Positions 19,190 through 28,662 of a stretch of DNA of 64,000 bases are shown here, one piece after another; the stretch's first letter is position 1, and each line of letters starts with the position of its first letter. The stretch is from a virus. Taxonomy: Duplodnaviria; Caudoviricetes. The translations under genes and the position numbers were made by a program. Under the pieces are notes generated by a model, which worked only from the letters and a program-made list of their open reading frames with translations, was not told where the DNA came from and searched no databases. The DNA lies in IMG/VR virus record IMGVR_UViG_3300031801_001562, one strand, 5' to 3'.

Positions 19190-19507
19190 TTATTTTCCTT
19201 TGTAAACGTAGAATTTGGAACTATTGAAATGATCAAGAGGAATCTTAGGATCTCCTGGTTCCATCATCGAATAACAAGTATCGCATGGTTTTTTCCCTTG
19301 CTTCTTCAGTGAATTTCTTAGAGCTTGAAGAAAACTATCCACTTCTTCATCGACTATTTCTTGTGCATCTTGTTCTGATGTGGTAAACAACGATACGAGC
19401 TGCTTCTTGCCCCACTCAAAAAAACTGGTTTCAGCAAATACCGGCTTCGCACCAAAGACACTCGCTCCGAGTGCTATTGATAAAAATAATATAGTTAATT
19501 TTTTCAT
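19190..19507 (-). CDS. putative exported protein
   Basis: MKKLTILFLSIALGASVFG signal peptide. Confidence 0.55.
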   Translation of the reverse strand: MKKLTILFLSIALGASVFGAKPVFAETSFFEWGKKQLVSLFTTSEQDAQEIVDEEVDSFLQALRNSLKKQGKKPCDTCYSMMEPGDPKIPLDHFNSSKFYVYKGK

Positions 19508-19666
19508 GATATTCTCTCTCAATTTTATAATACAAAAAATATAATCATAGCCCAAGTTCCAGCGAACATCGCTACGGTTCCAACAAATCTAACAATTTCT
19601 GTTAGTATAATTCTTTTCGACATATCTCTCTCCATAATTTAAGTTATTATTTTATTCTCTACTTAT

Positions 19667-19695
19667 ATTATAACATATCTAGCTCAACATGTCAA
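19667..19695 (-). promoter_or_regulatory. sigma70 early promoter
   Basis: TTGACA-17-TATAAT, spacer identical to the promoter at 2827-2855. Confidence 0.9.
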
Positions 19696-19778
19696 CGTTT
19701 TTGTTTCGCAATAATAACAATCGGTTACTAGAATCTCGTTGAAATCATTAAGAAACAAAATTGAAAATAATTGAGCGA

Positions 19779-20312
19779 TCAATTCACTGCGATCAAATTT
19801 TTAGCAGGAACTGGAATTTTATCAATAGATCCGGTGACATAATGAAGAAGCAATTGGATTTGATAGATTCCATCAAAGGATTCTCGCCAATGTTCATACC
19901 TCTTCTCTTTTTGATCATAGAGTAAAGCATCCCCTACATCGCAATGAATGGGTGAATTGTCGATATATAAAGGCCAAGTAGTCCCTTGATAGCTATCACC
20001 GTAAAGGTGACCTGTATGTATAGTAATAGAAATTTCGCAAGCATCGGTATCTATGTGTTTGTGTAAGTTGTGACCGTTCTCATAAACAATATAGAACGAA
20101 TATGATGGATGAATATCTTCTTTAAAATATTTTTGTACTCGTTCCCGGAAACTATATAAACAAGCTTCTGCGAATGGATCTTTATAAACACCATGAGTGT
20201 TAGGAAGTTCTTTTCCATATGATTTAAAATTATCTAATCGTTCTCTTAGCGCATAAGTTGTAAAACTCTGACATAAATCTTCACCAAGAAAGCCCTTTAA
20301 TACATGTAACAT
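19779..20312 (-). CDS. 2OG-Fe(II) oxygenase
   Basis: HKHID (HxD), later HWR. Confidence 0.8.
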   Translation of the reverse strand: MLHVLKGFLGEDLCQSFTTYALRERLDNFKSYGKELPNTHGVYKDPFAEACLYSFRERVQKYFKEDIHPSYSFYIVYENGHNLHKHIDTDACEISITIHTGHLYGDSYQGTTWPLYIDNSPIHCDVGDALLYDQKEKRYEHWRESFDGIYQIQLLLHYVTGSIDKIPVPAKNLIAVN

Positions 20313-21007
20313 TCTTTAATCCGGTCTAATCTATTACAGGGTCTATATAAATCACCTGTCCAAAAATCTCTAAGATCAAAATTATGTCCCTTCCATGGCA
20401 TTGTTTGATTAAAATAACATATAGTAGGAACTTTCATTAATCTAGATAAATGAGCTATACCACCTTCAGAGCAAATACTAAAAGAACAATTCTTTAATAT
20501 AGATTGTACCAAATAACTATACTGTTCAAAATCATAATCTATATCATATAACGTTTCGCCAGCAGATTTTTTAAAACTAGGAATCAATACAATTTTATAT
20601 CCCCCCTCTTTGAGATCTTTAAATAATTTCTGTAAAGTATAATGACTTACAACTTTATCTTGATGATGAGGTGACTGCGAATGATGTTTTGTATATAACC
20701 ATATAGCACAAAACTTTTCATCACAGGAACTATGTAACACTTTAGCAGGCCAATACTCATGATCCTGTTGACTATATGGTGTTTCTTTTCTTTCTATATG
20801 CTCACCGAACTCATGTTTAATTAAAGGATTAGATTTAAAAAATTTAATAACCCTTTGTATTTGTCTATGTGTGCGAGGTTGTAAATGCCATTTTATAATA
20901 GTCGGTTCTTTGGCTTGTTGATATTCATATGATAAATGATTTATTATATCACCAAAACCAGTACCAAATCCCCTATGAGTCCAAAATTTATTAATTGTTT
21001 TCATCAT
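20297..21007 (-). CDS. possible GT9-like glycosyltransferase
   Basis: SEGGIAHLSRLMKVPTICYF resembles the GT9 C-terminal motif. Confidence 0.45.
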   Translation of the reverse strand: MMKTINKFWTHRGFGTGFGDIINHLSYEYQQAKEPTIIKWHLQPRTHRQIQRVIKFFKSNPLIKHEFGEHIERKETPYSQQDHEYWPAKVLHSSCDEKFCAIWLYTKHHSQSPHHQDKVVSHYTLQKLFKDLKEGGYKIVLIPSFKKSAGETLYDIDYDFEQYSYLVQSILKNCSFSICSEGGIAHLSRLMKVPTICYFNQTMPWKGHNFDLRDFWTGDLYRPCNRLDRIKECYMY

Positions 21008-21764
21008 CTACATTAATACATCCTACAATATGTATTCTACTTACCTTTCGCGATAAATTAATTCCTGAATGATATACCTCTGTATTCATTAAATGAACCT
21101 CTCCCGGATATATGTGGTATACTTCTTTATTACCTTCTATGTTTTCTATAAGATGAAAGCTATCACTATCACCACATAAAGGTATATGAATCCTCATACT
21201 GGGATCATGATGCCATGACAGACACGATTTAGGTTTTAATAACATCAATCGTGATCTATACATTTTTAATTCTTTAAGTAAATTATTAGTATAATTCATC
21301 TCCGGAAATAAAGGAATTATAAAATCCTGTTCATTATATCCTGCTTCTGCTATTTCTTTAAACTCTCTGGAACCAAAATAAACATCATCTTCTTTTCCCT
21401 CAGCTCCTTGAATCATGATTTGACATATACCCTCTGTTTTCCAGTCTTCTCCAACAACCTTTATCTCTTCAAGGATTTTATCAACATCAATATCATGTCT
21501 GAGAGGCATTGTTCGATTATCGCCTATGTCTGCTCGTAAAGTCATTCTTCCCCTAATATTCGAAAAGTGTTCACATTTTTTAGCAACTCCAGGAATCACT
21601 GGTAGTTTTATTTTTTTATTTCCTACAAAAATTCTATATTGATTTTTTTCATTTCCACATCTTACTCCCTGACCTAAAGCAACCATCCAAGACATATATT
21701 CACAATTATAACAACATTCATAATCTTTAGGGATTTGATTTCTAGTATGTAAATTATATTCCAT
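20991..21764 (-). CDS. Asp/Asn beta-hydroxylase-like 2OG-Fe(II) oxygenase with Cys-rich N-terminal extension
   Basis: RSRLMLL, SWHHD, RIHIPL, HSGIN..RIHIV. Confidence 0.7.
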   Translation of the reverse strand: MEYNLHTRNQIPKDYECCYNCEYMSWMVALGQGVRCGNEKNQYRIFVGNKKIKLPVIPGVAKKCEHFSNIRGRMTLRADIGDNRTMPLRHDIDVDKILEEIKVVGEDWKTEGICQIMIQGAEGKEDDVYFGSREFKEIAEAGYNEQDFIIPLFPEMNYTNNLLKELKMYRSRLMLLKPKSCLSWHHDPSMRIHIPLCGDSDSFHLIENIEGNKEVYHIYPGEVHLMNTEVYHSGINLSRKVSRIHIVGCINVDDENN

Positions 21765-21838
21765 GGAGTTGCCGACAGGAGTCGAACCTGCATAAAACGG
21801 GGTTGCAATCCGTTGCCTTGCCTTTCAGCCACGGCAAC
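21764..21838 (-). tRNA. trnC: tRNA-Cys(GCA)
   Basis: acceptor GTTGCCG/CGGCAAC, U73, CCA, loop TTGCAAC, T arm GCAGG-TTCGACT-CCTGT. Confidence 0.9.
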
Positions 21839-21846
21839 ATTTATTT

Positions 21847-22170
21847 TTAAATTTCTTCTACTGTTACCATTAAAGGAAATTGATTTTCTTTTGCATGCAT
21901 CATTGATTCATATACTTTTGTTTCTGCTAACTCAAATGAATAAATGCCTGCTACACCTTTTCCTTTTTGATGAACATTCAACATTATAGCTTCTGCTGCT
22001 GCTTCCGAATGATTAAAAATTATTTGTAGTAGATATACTACAAATTCCATTGGGGTAAAATCATCGTTGTGGAAAACTACTTGATATTTATTTGGAGCTT
22101 TCAGTTTTTGTTTAGACTTCTTCTTTTCCGCTACCGTCGTTTCCTGATCGTCCAATTCCTCCGAATCCAT
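21847..22170 (-). CDS. clpS: ClpS N-degron adaptor
   Basis: YQVVFHNDDFTPMEFVV, MLNVHQKGKGVAGIY. Confidence 0.93.
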   Translation of the reverse strand: MDSEELDDQETTVAEKKKSKQKLKAPNKYQVVFHNDDFTPMEFVVYLLQIIFNHSEAAAEAIMLNVHQKGKGVAGIYSFELAETKVYESMMHAKENQFPLMVTVEEI

Positions 22171-22172
22171 CT

Positions 22173-22544
22173 TTATACCATATCATATCGGGGTGATTCG
22201 TCATCGAATCGAGATTCATCGCCTAGATCAATTTCACAGATCTGTTTAATTAATTCAGCTTCTACTTTCTTATACTCTTCTGTTCCTGGCGTCAGGTGAA
22301 GTAGAGGTGAAGGGTTTTCCTTATTCCTTTGGATATCATCTAGATAATCTACACCTTCTTTTAAATGGTCATAAGGTCCTTCGAGTTTTCCTTCGAATTG
22401 CTTTAGGAATTCTTTCCGTTGTTTTTTGATGGCCCTCTTTGTTAGTTTCTTTATCTCTTTTTTAGTAGGCATTGTAGGTGTCTCCCTTGAATTGTTCTCT
22501 TTAGGATTTATAATATCCATCTGAAAGATAATAGATAAGAGCAT
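22173..22544 (-). CDS. hypothetical protein
   Basis: ORF; start uncertain. Confidence 0.45.
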   Translation of the reverse strand: MLLSIIFQMDIINPKENNSRETPTMPTKKEIKKLTKRAIKKQRKEFLKQFEGKLEGPYDHLKEGVDYLDDIQRNKENPSPLLHLTPGTEEYKKVEAELIKQICEIDLGDESRFDDESPRYDMV

Positions 22545-22654
22545 CGATCAAATCGGGATCACCCCAAGCTGATGCTGTCCATATTACTAACAAAACCATA
22601 AACAAAAATCCATACATAGAATCATTCTCCTCATTCATATTTTTTTCTTATTTT

Positions 22655-22730
22655 TGGTAGGCGATATTGGAATCGAACCAATGACCTGATGCTTGTAAAA
22701 CACCTGCTCTCCCAACTGAGCTAATCGCCT
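22655..22730 (-). tRNA. trnV: tRNA-Val(UAC)
   Basis: AGGCGAT/ATCGCCT-A-CCA, loop TTTACAA, canonical D and T arms. Confidence 0.92.
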
Positions 22731-22733
22731 ATG

Positions 22734-22817
22734 TGGTGGGGAGAGATGGAGTCGAACCATCACAGCCTCAGGCGGCAGATTTACAGTCTGTTGAGCTCAC
22801 CAATGCACAGCCTCCCC
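22734..22817 (-). tRNA. trnY: tRNA-Tyr(GUA)
   Basis: GGGGAGG/TCTCCCC-A-CCA, loop CTGTAAA, type II variable arm. Confidence 0.88.
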
Positions 22818-24146
22818 ATTAAGTATTTCTACTAACAAAGGATCTAAGTAATCTTTATAACTTTGATCCCTTACTTCATCTAAAATAATTATTTCCGTTT
22901 TCATTTTTTTAACATCACTGGTATTATTTTTTAATGCATTTTGTAATTGACCAACTAAATTATGAATATTAAATCTATACCACTTCTTATATTCTTTCCC
23001 TCTTATAGTTGCGTGTACAGTATCAGATTGTGCAACGGTAGCTATTCCGGATTCAGTAATATCTATAATCCGATCAAGAGCAATCTCTAATAATTCCTTT
23101 GGCATATTCCTAATTGATGTTCCTCTATTATCTGGATACATTTCTGAAAAATGAATATACCAATCAGGAATTTTATAGTATGCACATTTATTACATATCC
23201 ATTCTATATAATCAGCAACATTTAAAATATTTAAAGATGACAATACCATATTAAAATATTGATGTTTAATATTAGTACATGTACTAAGATAATGATCTAA
23301 GCTTTCATTTAATTTTTTCCAATCAGAATTATGCCGGATATAATTATATGTTCCATGGGTGCCGTCTATGCTGAACGTATGTCCTTGCTCTTTGAAATTA
23401 TTTAAAATTTTTGATAATTCAGGAGTGAACTGTGTAGCATTAGTATGAAACTTTAAAATTGTATTTTTACTTGCTTCCGTTTCGACATATCGTTCTAATA
23501 CTTTAACTACTCTTCTATCATAAAATGGTTCTCCTCCAGAAGCTTTTAACATTGTTATCTTGTGTGTATTATTCAATAGCCAATCAATAACACTGTTATT
23601 ATCTTTATCATAGATAACACCTTTTATATCAGGCATTGCATTATTACTGACTCTCATGAAGGAATTATGTAAGCCCTTTGCCTTCATCTTCTCAACGTCT
23701 TTACCTAATTGATGAGATGAACCCACATTACACATTCTACAAGCTAAATTGCACAGGTTAGAAAGGGTTATATCAAACTCAAACAAACCTTCCTGATTGG
23801 GATGCGGGGGATCAGAAGAATCAGAACATTGTCTAAATGATTCTAAGCCATCTTCCTCCATCCTCCAACAAACGGTACATGCTTCATTCTTTATACCATT
23901 AGATAAATCATTTCTGAGTTTTTTAAAAGATTCATGATTAAATATTTCTTCTGGACTTAAACCTTTTAAAGAGCCATGGCCTAGGCTATGATGTTTAACG
24001 GAACCATCTTCTTCTGAAGTAACAGGGTTCATCATCATACAACAAGGAGTTACATTAATAGGATCTCTTCCATTTTTAGACCATTTCTTAAAAGTCATGG
24101 CATGAAATGGATAATGACAATATGTTGGATGTGTTTTAGGATTCAT
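22797..24146 (-). CDS. radical SAM protein with N-terminal twitch/SPASM-like Cys cluster
   Basis: CNLACRMC, ASGGEPF, N-terminal CHYPF..PCC..CTVCW. Confidence 0.9.
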   Translation of the reverse strand: MNPKTHPTYCHYPFHAMTFKKWSKNGRDPINVTPCCMMMNPVTSEEDGSVKHHSLGHGSLKGLSPEEIFNHESFKKLRNDLSNGIKNEACTVCWRMEEDGLESFRQCSDSSDPPHPNQEGLFEFDITLSNLCNLACRMCNVGSSHQLGKDVEKMKAKGLHNSFMRVSNNAMPDIKGVIYDKDNNSVIDWLLNNTHKITMLKASGGEPFYDRRVVKVLERYVETEASKNTILKFHTNATQFTPELSKILNNFKEQGHTFSIDGTHGTYNYIRHNSDWKKLNESLDHYLSTCTNIKHQYFNMVLSSLNILNVADYIEWICNKCAYYKIPDWYIHFSEMYPDNRGTSIRNMPKELLEIALDRIIDITESGIATVAQSDTVHATIRGKEYKKWYRFNIHNLVGQLQNALKNNTSDVKKMKTEIIILDEVRDQSYKDYLDPLLVEILNGEAVHW

Positions 24147-25078
24147 TCAAATAAAATAGAAATTGATTCATTATGATTAATTCTTCTAATCGCTTCTGAA
24201 AACATAGGTGCTATTGTTAATACTTTTACACTATTAGTTTCAAGATTTGGTATAGTATCTGTTATTACCAAATTAGATAAAGCTTCAGACTCTTGCATTT
24301 TACGTCCACCATTCTTACTCAACACTCCGTGAGTAATATAAGCCATAACTTCAATAGCCCCTTCTCTCTTTAATGCCTCGGCAGCTTTAATAAGTGTATT
24401 ACCTGTATCTACAATATCATCTACTATTATACATTTTTTCTTATTCACATCTCCAATAACATTCATCGAAGCAACTTGATTAGCTTGCTCTCTACGTTTA
24501 TCGATGATCGCTATATCTAATTGTAATTTCTTAGCCACCTTTCTTGCTCTGGCAACGCCACCCGCATCAGGAGAAACTATAACACCATTCTTTGCTATTA
24601 TCATTCGCTTTGGATGAGTTTCTAAATCATTAACAAACAATGGCATAGCCCCTAGATCATCTACTGGAATATCAAAGAACCCTTGTATCTGTCCGGCATG
24701 TAAATCCATTGTTACTATTCTATTAGCTCCTGCCATCTCTAACATGCTTGCTACTAACCTAGCCGTTATAGGTGTTCTTGAAACAGGCTTTCTATCTTGT
24801 CTTGCATAACCGAAATAAGGAATCACTGCAGTAATTCTACCAGCCGATGCTCTCTTACAAGCATCTATTATAATTAACAATTCCATTAAATAATCATTAG
24901 CAGGATTACAAGTACTTTGAATAATGAATACATCCTCACCACGAACATTCTCTTTAATCATACACGAGAGTTCATTATCTGCAAATTTAATAAGTTCTAC
25001 TTCACACAAGTGCTGTCCACAATGATGTGCAATAGACTCGGCCAAATTTTTATTTGAATTTCCAGCAATTAATTTCAT
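24143..25078 (-). CDS. prs: ribose-phosphate pyrophosphokinase
   Basis: KFADNE, PYFGYARQDR, DLHAGQIQGFFD, VSPDAGG, IIVDDIVDTG. Confidence 0.97.
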   Translation of the reverse strand: MKLIAGNSNKNLAESIAHHCGQHLCEVELIKFADNELSCMIKENVRGEDVFIIQSTCNPANDYLMELLIIIDACKRASAGRITAVIPYFGYARQDRKPVSRTPITARLVASMLEMAGANRIVTMDLHAGQIQGFFDIPVDDLGAMPLFVNDLETHPKRMIIAKNGVIVSPDAGGVARARKVAKKLQLDIAIIDKRREQANQVASMNVIGDVNKKKCIIVDDIVDTGNTLIKAAEALKREGAIEVMAYITHGVLSKNGGRKMQESEALSNLVITDTIPNLETNSVKVLTIAPMFSEAIRRINHNESISILFE

Positions 25079-25255
25079 TTAACCTTTATGATTTCAATTT
25101 CATTACCTACCTTTTTAGTCTTTATATATCCTTCTGCTTCAAGCATTTCTAAAGTTCTGCTAGCAACCTTATCTACTGCTATATGCCAAGCAATGCGATA
25201 TCCCATATAAGTTCCTACTACATAAACTATTGTAAGCCAAATAAACGTTTCCATA

Positions 25256-25828
25256 TTATCTATCTATTGGGTAAGGGAAGAACCCTCGATTTGGCACAAG
25301 CCCAAAAGGCATGGCCTTAGTTTCTCCATTAAAATAATCGAAATTTATAACAACCCTCACTTTCGCATCCGTACAAGATGTTCCACGATGTTTTAAATTA
25401 GCAGGAAAAGTAATCATTCTATTTTCAACACTATGAATTTTTGTGCCATCCTCAAATTCTGTATAGCCATCATTAGTATTCACATAAAAAATAGAAGTAG
25501 TCCATTGTTGTAGTTTTTCTTCTGATGTTAGCTGACCTATATCAACATGAAATGATTTTTCAATAACATCAGGTGTTCTCGTAAGTAAATTTGCCTTTAT
25601 TCGCCATATTGATATTGTGTCTATTTTAATCAATAGAGAATTTAATTTTTCTATTTTAGTAGAACTTGGAGAATTATTAATATAAAATAAATGCTCAAAC
25701 TGAAATTCATTGTCGGAATCGTACAAGCCGGCGGAGTCATTATAACGCCAAGCAATTTGATCACTCATAAAAAATGATTGCAATTGATTTAATTCTTCTT
25801 GGTCTAAAAAATTATCTTCTACTTTCAA
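25256..25828 (-). CDS. 2OG-Fe(II) oxygenase
   Basis: FHVD, SIFYVNTNDGYT, HRGTS..RVVINF. Confidence 0.8.
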   Translation of the reverse strand: MKVEDNFLDQEELNQLQSFFMSDQIAWRYNDSAGLYDSDNEFQFEHLFYINNSPSSTKIEKLNSLLIKIDTISIWRIKANLLTRTPDVIEKSFHVDIGQLTSEEKLQQWTTSIFYVNTNDGYTEFEDGTKIHSVENRMITFPANLKHRGTSCTDAKVRVVINFDYFNGETKAMPFGLVPNRGFFPYPIDR

Positions 25829-26029
25829 TGTTCTTATTCTTTTCTAATTTATTTTCCTTGTCCACGATATATTTTAAAATCCTTTTTTTTGTGTTTACTT
25901 TTTGGACTAGTCCTTCTAGACTTGCCTATAGAAGTTCTTTTTTTCATTCCTGTTTTTTTTCTATTCAATATTTTTAATTTACTTGTTGCCACTTATCTTA
26001 TTCCTCCCTTTTATTAGTGTTCTATTTAG

Positions 26030-26218
26030 TTACGTGTCATGTCCTCTTCCATAGCATTCCAACTCACATTGTTCTAGTTCGTACATGAGTTCGTCGTTTG
26101 CGTTCACCAGGTATTCGATTCGTTTTGAATACTTGGCTTCTACTCTTTCTTCTATCTGTTTTTTCACCCCGATGTCATAAACAAGGCGAGCAAGATAATT
26201 TGATGGATTATTAATCAT
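26030..26218 (-). CDS. hypothetical protein
   Basis: short coiled-coil ORF. Confidence 0.45.
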   Translation of the reverse strand: MINNPSNYLARLVYDIGVKKQIEERVEAKYSKRIEYLVNANDELMYELEQCELECYGRGHDT

Positions 26219-26448
26219 GGTGTATCATGCCTGTTCTTCTGTATTGATTTTTCTTTAGCTTCGAGCTGAGCCTGATATTCTTTTTGTTTCCTATGGTCTT
26301 TCAGGGAACGTAATCGCAAGTTTAGTTCATCCAGATCATCGTTTGTCAGATAGGATAGGAACGTAAGAAGAAACTGCATTATATTCTTATGTGAGTACAG
26401 CATCTCTTTATCATCAATGTATACTCTAATCGTCGTTTTATTTTCCAT
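26215..26448 (-). CDS. hypothetical protein
   Basis: short ORF downstream of tRNA. Confidence 0.45.
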   Translation of the reverse strand: MENKTTIRVYIDDKEMLYSHKNIMQFLLTFLSYLTNDDLDELNLRLRSLKDHRKQKEYQAQLEAKEKSIQKNRHDTP

Positions 26449-26467
26449 TTAATATATTTAGGTGGTG

Positions 26468-26542
26468 TGGCTGCCTAGGCTGGGCTCGAACCAGCGACAT
26501 TCTGATTAACAGTCAGATGTTCTACCACTGAACTACTAGGCA
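26468..26542 (-). tRNA. trnN: tRNA-Asn(GUU), canonical
   Basis: TGCCTAG/CTAGGCA-G-CCA, TCTGA-CTGTTAA-TCAGA. Confidence 0.95.
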
Positions 26543-26550
26543 TTAAAACA

Positions 26551-26759
26551 TGTGGGGTAGAGCCTAGACTATCCTGAAGGACAACTCTCGCAAGGCACTC
26601 GGGCCTCGTTTATCAAAAGTTATCCACTCCCTCACCCTGTGGCACGTACCGGCGGTCTTATTGGAGAGGCTTCTTAACTTCATCTAGGTAGAGTCACTTA
26701 GTCGCACTCAGTACTAGGGTTCGTCTCCCGCTCCTGGCTTTAGTGTCGTTTACCCCACA
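26551..26759 (-). ncRNA. candidate structured ncRNA (~209 nt) adjacent to tRNA-Asn
   Basis: 9-bp terminal helix TGTGGGGTA/TACCCCACA, internal stems GGATAAC/GTTGTCC and CGAGGC/GCCTTG, GC-rich island with no ORF in the track. Confidence 0.6.
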
Positions 26760-26761
26760 AT

Positions 26762-27010
26762 TTAAATCATCTTATACCATTCAGTAGGTATCTTATCTAA
26801 CATTATACAGCTTTTATAAGGGTGCGGCCGTTTCTTCATGAAGCTACGGGCGATCATATTATTATTATATATCCGTCCTTCAAATCGGCCATCGTTAAAT
26901 CCAACTATCAATCCACAATTCCATCTGCTAACAGTTAATGGCTCCATCGCTTTCACAGGAACTTCAGTAACTCCACACGCCGACAGCGCGCGCCTTATAA
27001 GTTTACCCAT
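26762..27010 (-). CDS. hypothetical protein
   Basis: short ORF. Confidence 0.45.
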   Translation of the reverse strand: MGKLIRRALSACGVTEVPVKAMEPLTVSRWNCGLIVGFNDGRFEGRIYNNNMIARSFMKKRPHPYKSCIMLDKIPTEWYKMI

Positions 27011-27055
27011 ACTCTCTTTTCATTTAGCCGTAGGCTGATTATCTATTAGAGGTTT

Positions 27056-27072
27056 AGGGCGCGAAGCGCCCT
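27056..27072. other. GC-rich hairpin AGGGCGC-GAA-GCGCCCT
   Basis: perfect 7-bp stem after the HTH gene; no U-tract, so not called a terminator. Confidence 0.4.
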
Positions 27073-27080
27073 TCGGCACG

Positions 27081-27878
27081 TCACTTCTTCTCCAGACTAT
27101 CGCCAAAGGCTGTTTCCGGTAAAGAACGTTCTAGTTCCGTTAGTTGTTCATCTGATGCAGCTAAGTGTAGGACTTCCCCATATGCTTTCCTCTGATCTCT
27201 CTCACTCTCTAATTCTGCAATGAAATCATTTACATTCACTGTTGATCCTTTCTCATCTGGCCGGCTCTTCGCCGCCTTCTTCGACGCAAGTGTAGTTCTT
27301 TTTCTCCACGACTTCTTTGCTTGGTCCTTCCAGCTCTGGCCATCTATGTTTCCATCCGCTTGTAGTTTCTGTATTTTTCCACCGGCTGCTAAATAGTCCT
27401 CGACTGCGTTACTGATTTCTAAACTAGACATATCCCGTACATCAATCTCTGGCTCTTTCTTTGCAGTTACTCTCAGCTTGTTCTTATCAGCTCTCACTGT
27501 TCCTGAGAGTTTCTTTATTGCACTCATCCTGGCCCGTACATTAATCAGTGATTTAATCTTTTTCTTCTTTAGTAGATCTGATCCGGTTACTCCGCGTTTG
27601 ATCTTACCACTGATTGCTGCATTAGAGTATCCTGTAACATCTGCAATTTCTGCTACGGTCATTCTAGTATTCCCATGCAAGTCTACAGTGAATACTCTAG
27701 GATTTTTTCCCGAACGTTTTGCACCCTCTGAATTCCGCTGTAAATAAATTGTGTCTGCATCGTGATTAAACTTATGCATTAGATTACTCATCCTACAATA
27801 CGAAAGTCCAAAGAGCTCAGCTAGCTCTTTCATCGTGTATAGGGATTCGTGGAAACTGTATGTTTTCGCTTTAGCCAT
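27081..27878 (-). CDS. early DNA-binding protein with two HTH-like segments
   Basis: TMKELAELFGLSY and MTVAEIADVTGYSNAAIS; directly behind early promoter. Confidence 0.6.
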   Translation of the reverse strand: MAKAKTYSFHESLYTMKELAELFGLSYCRMSNLMHKFNHDADTIYLQRNSEGAKRSGKNPRVFTVDLHGNTRMTVAEIADVTGYSNAAISGKIKRGVTGSDLLKKKKIKSLINVRARMSAIKKLSGTVRADKNKLRVTAKKEPEIDVRDMSSLEISNAVEDYLAAGGKIQKLQADGNIDGQSWKDQAKKSWRKRTTLASKKAAKSRPDEKGSTVNVNDFIAELESERDQRKAYGEVLHLAASDEQLTELERSLPETAFGDSLEKK

Positions 27879-27924
27879 AATATATTTTTTCTTAGTTGGT
27901 TAATTGTTTAAATAATATTCTATT

Positions 27925-27953
27925 ATTATAATGTATTTTGGGCAACATGTCAA
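27925..27953 (-). promoter_or_regulatory. sigma70 early promoter
   Basis: TTGACA-17-TATAAT. Confidence 0.88.
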
Positions 27954-28150
27954 GGTTTTTCTTTCGCAACTGGAAAAAAAAATTTAGAAGCCCCCTCGGG
28001 CCTGCTCTTGATTCGGGATATCTATAAATAGACATTAACGGTGAGAGATATAAAATAATAAAAAAATTTTGGATAAGGTTAAGTTATAGCCTCAGTCCTA
28101 AGCCTATAGGGTCGAGCGATTTCCTTTTCATCGTATTACAGGTGGGGGGG

Positions 28151-28280
28151 GTGTACATTTATCTCTCCATACTATACAACAGCTGTGTATATCTATCTCT
28201 CTATACTATCGCTACCGCTGTGTACTTTTAACTCTCTATAGAACGAGCAGAGCGTGTAGCCCGTTTCATATCTCTACTAA
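28151..28280. repeat. four degenerate direct repeats (GTGTA...CTCT) at 34-35 nt period in non-coding DNA
   Basis: GTGTA at 28151, 28185, 28220, 28254, each followed by an (A)TCTCT/ACTCTCT block; preceded by a G-run. Confidence 0.6.
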
Positions 28281-28662
28281 GCTTGTAGCTAGCACTTACT
28301 TAGCCGCGTCATGTGCGTTGCAGATATACTACACTAGTTTGACGACACTGAATCCGCTGCTTCAATCATGATGAGCAGGCGGACTACTCTGCTCGAGTAT
28401 ATAAGAAAAAAAAATATAGCAGAGGACAATTCTATTACGTAGCTCTGAGCTTATTCCACGTTCACATTGTCCTCCATAACACATATAGCTCGAGTCTCGT
28501 ACTGCATATTCACGCGGGTCGTATACACGGCTACGTAGGAGCTGACGTCATCGAATGGTATATATGCTTAGCTATATACGTCGTATCTCTCGTTAGTAAA
28601 TTAGACAGGGACCCCGGCGGCGAGAGAGATGGAAGCGCGAGGCCCCTGTTGAAGGCGCGTTA

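Noticed and set aside
26551-26759. Group I intron call (GACUA/UAGUC resembles P7)
   Set aside because: It interrupts no gene or tRNA, has no recognisable P1 U-G site or terminal G, and the P4/P6 core could not be built; kept only as an unassigned ncRNA.
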